Shown here: piece by piece, positions 36,618 to 41,666 of the stretch
Position numbering within the stretch: position 1 is the first letter of the stretch
Layout: each line of letters starts with the position of its first letter
Assembly: GCA_009784095.1 (NCBI GenBank)
Contig: WRDL01000001.1
Location: forward strand, 1 to 41,666
Source: Coriobacteriia bacterium
GTDB lineage: Bacteria; Actinomycetota; Coriobacteriia; WRKU01
Direction of reading: 5' to 3'
DNA: 41,666 nucleotides
Notes under the pieces: generated by a model
Database searches by the model: none
What the model was told of the DNA's origin: nothing
What the model saw: only the letters and a program-made list of their open reading frames with translations
Program-made: the position numbers and the translations under genes

Positions 36618-37568
36618 TTAATCTTTCTTATAGAGACGACGTGAGAAGCCCAGTGCAACACCTGAGACACCCAGCAGACTCAGTACCAGCGCAACAGGGG
36701 CGATATCACCAGTTGGCGGTAGTCCGACATAGCTATTGACGAAGAACGCGCCGACCCGATTGGTCAGATCGTCAAGTACGATCTCATCCTCATTGAGGGT
36801 CTCCAACCCATCGAGGTCGGTCAATGATATATAGCCGACATCGTAGGTACCATCGGAAAAGACCTCGACCAAGACCAACCAGACCTCATCGTCAAAGATC
36901 CAATCAGTGAGATCTTCATCTTCGAGTTCTCCCAAGAGGAACGCATGCTCACCAACACCGAGCTCACCCACGTTGAAGGAGAAGACTCCTTCGCCGGTGA
37001 CCGTTGAGTACTTCTCTGACCCATCGATCAAGTCGCCGGCATCATCAATACCGATCAGCAAGAAGTTGAAGTCGGGCATACTCCCCGGCGTTCCCAGGAC
37101 GACTTTCTCGCCATTGATCACGACATCTGCAGTGACCGGTGGTGCCTCTTCAATTCCTAGGTAAATCTGACCGAATGCAAAGTCTTCATCCGTGGTAGTG
37201 ATCGTAACACTTTCAATGGTGAGATCTCCGGTCGTATAAAAACCGAATCCGGCAGCACCATAATCGCCTTCCACCCCTTCGGAGTAGACGGTACCGTCAT
37301 TGGCTTGGACGTAAAAGTTATAGAGATCAATTTCATTTGGTTCTACATAGATAAGGAACGCCGTGATGCCCTCAGGGAGCTCAAGGGTGACCGTATCGTC
37401 ACGTACGTAAAAGACCAGCCCGGTATAACCCTGGCTCCAGGTTGCCCAACTATCGGGGACAAAGCGAGCCTCAACATGACTCTCGCCATTGGTGACAAAG
37501 GTGATATCCCCAGCGAACGAGGGTAATACACTGACGACTTCCTCATCTTCAAATCCCGGATCTGTCAT
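36618..37568 (-). CDS. LPXTG-anchored pilin/isopeptide-domain-like protein lacking an N-terminal signal peptide
   Basis: 316 aa. The C-terminal sorting signal is LPPTGD (36708-36722), then a TM, then RRLYKKD. The second half shows a Spy0128/pilin isopeptide-domain-like pattern (FNFLLIG..GVFSFNVGELGVGEHAFLLGE..WIFDDEVWLVLVEV..FFVNSY). The N-terminus MTDPGFEDEEVV is acidic and not a signal peptide, and an in-frame TAA lies 6 codons upstream. Confidence 0.7.
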   Translation of the reverse strand: MTDPGFEDEEVVSVLPSFAGDITFVTNGESHVEARFVPDSWATWSQGYTGLVFYVRDDTVTLELPEGITAFLIYVEPNEIDLYNFYVQANDGTVYSEGVEGDYGAAGFGFYTTGDLTIESVTITTTDEDFAFGQIYLGIEEAPPVTADVVINGEKVVLGTPGSMPDFNFLLIGIDDAGDLIDGSEKYSTVTGEGVFSFNVGELGVGEHAFLLGELEDEDLTDWIFDDEVWLVLVEVFSDGTYDVGYISLTDLDGLETLNEDEIVLDDLTNRVGAFFVNSYVGLPPTGDIAPVALVLSLLGVSGVALGFSRRLYKKD

Positions 37569-37582
37569 CAGCGTGCTACTTA

Positions 37583-37658
37583 GTTACCTAACACTATTTG
37601 TTAAGTAACAGTATTAACTAATTTCAGAGGGCAAGATTTGGTGCGGTATAATTGCACC
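37583..37658 (+). promoter_or_regulatory. Divergent promoter region with three dyad operator-like sites and a TATAAT box for the ABC exporter operon
   Basis: Dyads are GTTACCTAAC (37583-37592), GTTAAGTAAC (37600-37609) and ATTAACTAAT (37613-37622). TATAAT at 37647-37652 sits inside the inverted repeat GGTGC/GCACC (37640-37644 and 37654-37658). Confidence 0.4.
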
Positions 37659-37705
37659 GATGTGTTCTTATCCCACGGTTTAATGTTGCATTACAAAGGA
37701 GCATC

Positions 37706-39727
37706 ATGCTTAAGCTCTTTCGCTATTTGAAGCCCTACTGGTTGCTGTGTCTGTTGGTACTTTTCTTTGTCGCGATTCAGGTTACCTGCACGCTACGTCT
37801 TCCCAAGGAGATGTCCGATATTGTCAACTACGGCATTATCCAGCGCGGCATCCCCGGTAACATGCAGACCGAGCCTGATGTGGCAGCGCAAGTCGCCGAG
37901 GCGATCCGGACTGCCGGTGCTTCGATCACCCCCGCGCAACGATCATATTTCACTGAAAAAGGCATCCTCATGTTGGGCATCACCTTGCTTGCCGGAATCG
38001 CGGCAATCTGTGCGGGCTATTTTGCTTCACGGGTCTCAGCCGCAGTCGCGCGCGATCTTCGTGGGGATATCTTTTCCAAGATCGAGTATTTCTCATTGAC
38101 TGAATTCGACCGATTCTCGACCGCATCGCTGATCATCCGCTCGACCAACGACATCCAGCAGGTACAGCAGATGACGTTCTTGCTTCTGCGCCTGTCGACC
38201 ATGGCACCGCTGACCGCGATTGGTGCCTTGTTCATGATGCTGCAGACCGATGCGTCACTTGCCTGGATCCTGGGGGTCACGTTGCCCCTGCTCCTAATCA
38301 CCATCGGTATCCTGATCTATTACGGTATGCCGATCTTTCGTACAATCCAGGAAAAGACCGACCGCCTCAATCTCGTGGCACGCGAGGGCCTGACCGGTGT
38401 GCGCGTCATTCGCGCGTTCGATCGCGAACCCATGCAACAAGAGCGATTCGCGAAAGCCAACGATGATCTGACTAATACGACCATCAAGGTCAACCGCATG
38501 ATGGTGACTATGATGCCGATCATGCAGCTTCTGATGCAGTTCACCACTATCGCCATCATCTGGTTCGGTTCGCATTTGATCAACGATCTGAGTTTGCGCT
38601 TGGGTGACATGATGGCGTTTTTGCAGTACGCGATGCAGATCCTGTTCTCGGTCATGATGCTCTCGATGATCTTTGTGATGTATCCGCGCGCCAGTGTCTC
38701 GGCTGAACGCATCAACGAGGTGCTCGATACCGAGCCGGTGATCGAAGATCCCCCCAAAGCACTGGGCTCGGCAAGTGGAAAGCCCAGCGTCGAATTCCGC
38801 GACGTGTCCTTCTCGTTTGCGGGAAGTGAGGAATGCGCGATCCGCGATGTGAGTTTTAAAGCTGACGACAACACGATGACCGCCATCATCGGATCGACAG
38901 GATCGGGCAAATCGACGATCCTTAACTTGATCGTGCGTCTCTATGATGCCTGCAAAGGTGAGGTGCTGGTCAATGGGGTCGATGTTCGTGAGATGAGCCA
39001 GCATTACCTGCACGAGCTGGTCGGCTATATCCCCCAAAAAGCAGTGCTCTTCGATGGGACGATCGCAGAAAACATCCGCTTCGGTAAAGAGGATGCGACC
39101 GATGCCCAGATCGAAGAGGCGCTTGAGATCGCCCAAGCACTCGGGTTTGTGCAAGAGCAAGAAGACGGTCTCGAAAGCTTTGTCGCCCAAGGTGGCACCA
39201 ACTATAGCGGTGGGCAGAAGCAACGCCTCGCCATTGCGCGTGCTATCGTAAAAAAGCCCGCGATCTACCTGTTCGACGACAGTTTCAGCGCGCTCGATCT
39301 TAAGACCGACGCAGCTTTGCGTGCGGCGCTTGAGCCGTATCTGGAAGATACCGTCACCATAATCGTGGCACAACGCATCTCGACCATCGTGGAAGCCGAT
39401 CAGATCTTGGTCATGGAAGAGGGGCAGCTGATCGGTAAAGGCACGCATGACCAGCTCATGACATACTGCCAGGTCTATCGCGAGATCGCCGAGTCTCAGA
39501 TGACCGATGAAGAATTGGAAGAACAAGGCTATAGCAGGTCAGAAATCCAAACGCCCCTCGATGAGGTGATCGCAGATATCCAAGCTGAGGATTGTGTTGA
39601 GTACACGCTCGAGCATCCCGAGAAGATGGTCGATGACACTCAGCGCACGACCGCTGCGCCTGCTGAAAGCGTGATGCACGAAAAGGAAGACTGGCGACCT
39701 TTCGAGGAGGTGACCGGCGATGAGTGA
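37706..39727 (+). CDS. ABC exporter permease/ATPase, the degenerate-site half of a heterodimer
   Basis: ATG 37706 (MLKLFRYLKPYW) follows AAAGGAG. It has a six-TM type I exporter domain. NBD motifs are GSTGSGKST, YSGGQKQR, Walker B LFDDSFSALD (Asp replaces the catalytic Glu) and an AQR H-loop (Gln replaces His). It has an acidic C-terminal extension of about 90 aa. Confidence 0.9.
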   Translation: MLKLFRYLKPYWLLCLLVLFFVAIQVTCTLRLPKEMSDIVNYGIIQRGIPGNMQTEPDVAAQVAEAIRTAGASITPAQRSYFTEKGILMLGITLLAGIAAICAGYFASRVSAAVARDLRGDIFSKIEYFSLTEFDRFSTASLIIRSTNDIQQVQQMTFLLLRLSTMAPLTAIGALFMMLQTDASLAWILGVTLPLLLITIGILIYYGMPIFRTIQEKTDRLNLVAREGLTGVRVIRAFDREPMQQERFAKANDDLTNTTIKVNRMMVTMMPIMQLLMQFTTIAIIWFGSHLINDLSLRLGDMMAFLQYAMQILFSVMMLSMIFVMYPRASVSAERINEVLDTEPVIEDPPKALGSASGKPSVEFRDVSFSFAGSEECAIRDVSFKADDNTMTAIIGSTGSGKSTILNLIVRLYDACKGEVLVNGVDVREMSQHYLHELVGYIPQKAVLFDGTIAENIRFGKEDATDAQIEEALEIAQALGFVQEQEDGLESFVAQGGTNYSGGQKQRLAIARAIVKKPAIYLFDDSFSALDLKTDAALRAALEPYLEDTVTIIVAQRISTIVEADQILVMEEGQLIGKGTHDQLMTYCQVYREIAESQMTDEELEEQGYSRSEIQTPLDEVIADIQAEDCVEYTLEHPEKMVDDTQRTTAAPAESVMHEKEDWRPFEEVTGDE

Positions 39728-41618
39728 CTCCACCGAAAAAGTCGAGCAACCCAAGCGTGAGGCACGTCCTATGGGACCGCGATTTGGAGGCGGTCATATG
39801 AGCGGTCCGGTAGAAAAACCGGCAGACTTTTGGGGAACGACAAAAAAACTGTTCGCGCTATTAGGGCCTGATCGTTTCAAACTGCTGCTTGCATCACTGT
39901 TCTCGATTGCTGCCGTATCGTGCGTGGTCGCCGGGCCGAAGGTCATGGCGCTTGCCACCAACCGTCTTGCCGACGGGGTCGCCGATATCATGAAGGCTCA
40001 AGCTATGGGCGCGACCGAGATCCCTAGCATCGACTTTGCTTACATCGGACGTATCGCGCTGATTCTGGTGGCGCTGTACTGCCTGGGAGCGTTGCTTGCC
40101 TACATCCAGCAGACGCTGACGGTCACGGTCACTCAAGATCTGGTCAGAACACTCCGACGCATGATCTCTGAGAAGCTCGATCACCTCCCCCTCTCCTTCT
40201 TTGATACTCAGACTTATGGAGAGATACTCTCAAAGATCACCATCGATGCCGATCTGATCTCGACCAATCTTCAGCAAGCCATGACCCAGACCATGACCTC
40301 GCTCTTTACCCTGATCGGGATCATCATCATGATGTTTACCATCAGCTGGAAACTGGCACTGGTATCACTGATCGCGGTTCCCGGATCGATCCTGGTGACT
40401 GCGTTGATCGCTCCACGCTCGCAGAAGTTCTTTGCCGATCAGCAGGCACAGCTTGGAGATCTCAACGGTCAGATCGAGGAGAACTTCGCCGGACACATCA
40501 TCGTTAAAGCGTTTAACCGTGAAGAAGCCAATATCGCGCGATTCGATGAGACGAACGAGGAGCTGTTCGGTAGTGCGTGGCGCGCGCAATTCATGTCAAG
40601 TATCATCATGCCGCTGATCCACTTCATCAGCAATGTGCAATATGTCGTGATCGTCGTCTATGCCGCAATCCTCTCAGCAGCCGGACAACTGCCGATCGGT
40701 GATATCTTGGCGTTCATCCAATATATCCAGCAATTTGGTCAGCCGATCCAGCAGGTCGCCCAGATCGCTAACGTGATCCAAGGCACGATCGCCGCTGCCG
40801 AGCGTGTCTTTACCCTTCTCGAAGAGCCTGAGGAGACCGCCGATAGTGAGGTTCCCGCGCTGCTCGATGAGCCAAAAGGCCTGGTCGAATTCAAAGATAT
40901 CGACTTTGACTATGTTCAGACCAATCCTCTTATCCGCGATCTTTCCCTGACCGCAAAGCCGGGTCAGACGGTGGCTATCGTCGGTCCGACCGGTGCCGGA
41001 AAGACGACACTAGTCAATCTCTTGATGCGCTTTTATGATCTCAACTCCGGTGAGATCCTCGTCGATGGGGTCAATACCGCAGACATGAGCCGTCACGATG
41101 TACGCAAACTGTTCGGCATGGTGCTCCAGGATACCTGGCTCTTCAACGGTACGATCGCTGAGAACATCGCCTATGGGCGCGATGGGGCGACTCGCGAGGA
41201 GGTCGAAGCCGCAGCTAAAGCAGCGTTTGCCGATCACTTCATTCGCACACTGCCACAAGGATACGATACGATCTTGGCCGAGGACGGAAGCAATCTGAGC
41301 GTGGGTCAACGTCAGCTGCTCACCATCGCGCGAGCCATATTAGCTGATTCTCCCATCATGATCTTGGACGAGGCGACCTCGAGTGTCGACACGCGTACCG
41401 AGCGGTTGATCCAAGAAGCGATGAATCGCCTGACCGAGGGACGCACCAGCTTCGTCATAGCGCATCGATTGAGCACTATCCGCGACGCGGATCTGATCCT
41501 CGTGATGGATAAGGGACGTGTCGTCGAAAGCGGGACCCACGAGGAGCTCCTCGCTGCCGATGGATTCTATGCTGACCTATATAACTCACAGTTCAGCGAG
41601 GAAGCTGAAGCCGCCTAG
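39720..41618 (+). CDS. ABC exporter permease/ATPase, the consensus-site half of a heterodimer
   Basis: It overlaps the upstream gene by 8 nt. NBD motifs are GPTGAGKTT, LSVGQRQ, a canonical Walker B ILDEATSSVD and an AHR H-loop. Confidence 0.92.
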   Translation: MSDSTEKVEQPKREARPMGPRFGGGHMSGPVEKPADFWGTTKKLFALLGPDRFKLLLASLFSIAAVSCVVAGPKVMALATNRLADGVADIMKAQAMGATEIPSIDFAYIGRIALILVALYCLGALLAYIQQTLTVTVTQDLVRTLRRMISEKLDHLPLSFFDTQTYGEILSKITIDADLISTNLQQAMTQTMTSLFTLIGIIIMMFTISWKLALVSLIAVPGSILVTALIAPRSQKFFADQQAQLGDLNGQIEENFAGHIIVKAFNREEANIARFDETNEELFGSAWRAQFMSSIIMPLIHFISNVQYVVIVVYAAILSAAGQLPIGDILAFIQYIQQFGQPIQQVAQIANVIQGTIAAAERVFTLLEEPEETADSEVPALLDEPKGLVEFKDIDFDYVQTNPLIRDLSLTAKPGQTVAIVGPTGAGKTTLVNLLMRFYDLNSGEILVDGVNTADMSRHDVRKLFGMVLQDTWLFNGTIAENIAYGRDGATREEVEAAAKAAFADHFIRTLPQGYDTILAEDGSNLSVGQRQLLTIARAILADSPIMILDEATSSVDTRTERLIQEAMNRLTEGRTSFVIAHRLSTIRDADLILVMDKGRVVESGTHEELLAADGFYADLYNSQFSEEAEAA

Positions 41619-41666
41619 TGGAGCCGACCCAACAGACCGAGACCACAAGAAGAGCCTGGATATCCA

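Noticed and set aside
38294-39526. 410-aa ORF antisense to the first ABC exporter gene
   Set aside because: It lies entirely inside a confidently identified ABC gene on the opposite strand. It has no SD or recognisable domain, and its composition (rich in D, H, R and L) is that of a mirror-frame artefact. Long antisense ORFs opposite ABC NBD regions are common in GC-rich DNA.
1-41666. Looked for CRISPR repeats, IS or transposase ends, integrase or phage genes, tRNA or rRNA genes, toxin-antitoxin pairs and known defence-system signatures
   Set aside because: None were found. All large ORFs are accounted for by housekeeping, envelope or transport functions. The only RNA gene recognised is tmRNA, and no attachment-site-like duplication was seen next to it.
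1-41666. Genome-wide reassignment of TGA (genetic code 4 or 25) as an explanation for the in-frame TGA
   Set aside because: Several well-conserved genes in the window (for example ppk2 and the 898-aa surface protein) end at TGA at the expected protein length, so TGA functions as a stop here.

Overview
This is a mostly housekeeping core-chromosome segment from a moderately GC-rich monoderm bacterium. The gene order (rph-murI, and alaS-ruvX-mltG-aroE-aroK-aroB-aroQ-pepP-efp) is the classic Actinomycetota arrangement. The presence of mreBCD-mrdA-rodA and a cytoplasmic four-subunit [NiFe] hydrogenase suggests an anaerobic rod, possibly Coriobacteriia-like, but that is inference only. From 1 to about 33.9 kb every gene is on the minus strand. 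In coordinate order these are: rph (partial), murI, a 252-aa hypothetical, PPK2, tmRNA, a DUF1461-like membrane protein, a radical-SAM pair (TIGR03936 and TIGR03960 types), a DUF697-like protein, rodA, mrdA, mreD, mreC, mreB, a large wall-anchored multidomain surface protein, the hydrogenase alpha/delta/gamma/beta genes, ndk, a TPR membrane protein, rplT, rpmI, infC, efp, an M24 peptidase, aroQ, aroB, aroK, aroE, a YqeG-type HAD phosphatase, mltG, ruvX, alaS and a DUF948 protein. After 34 kb polarity switches. On the plus strand are a membrane-anchored thermonuclease, a TfoX C-terminal-domain gene interrupted by an in-frame TGA, and a HerA-like (DUF853/YjgR) ATPase. A convergent LPXTG pilin-like gene without a signal peptide follows, and then a divergent heterodimeric ABC exporter pair. 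I saw no CRISPR array, transposase, integrase, phage gene, rRNA or tRNA; the only RNA gene is tmRNA. I do not see a clear-cut novel multi-gene system. The items most worth a second look are the TGA-interrupted TfoX_C gene with conserved coding sequence downstream of the stop, the C40-peptidase/ester-bond-domain surface protein, the uncharacterised DUF697 / radical-SAM / DUF1461 module appended to the cell-shape operon, the long structured infC leader, and several unusual gene overlaps and hairpin placements.
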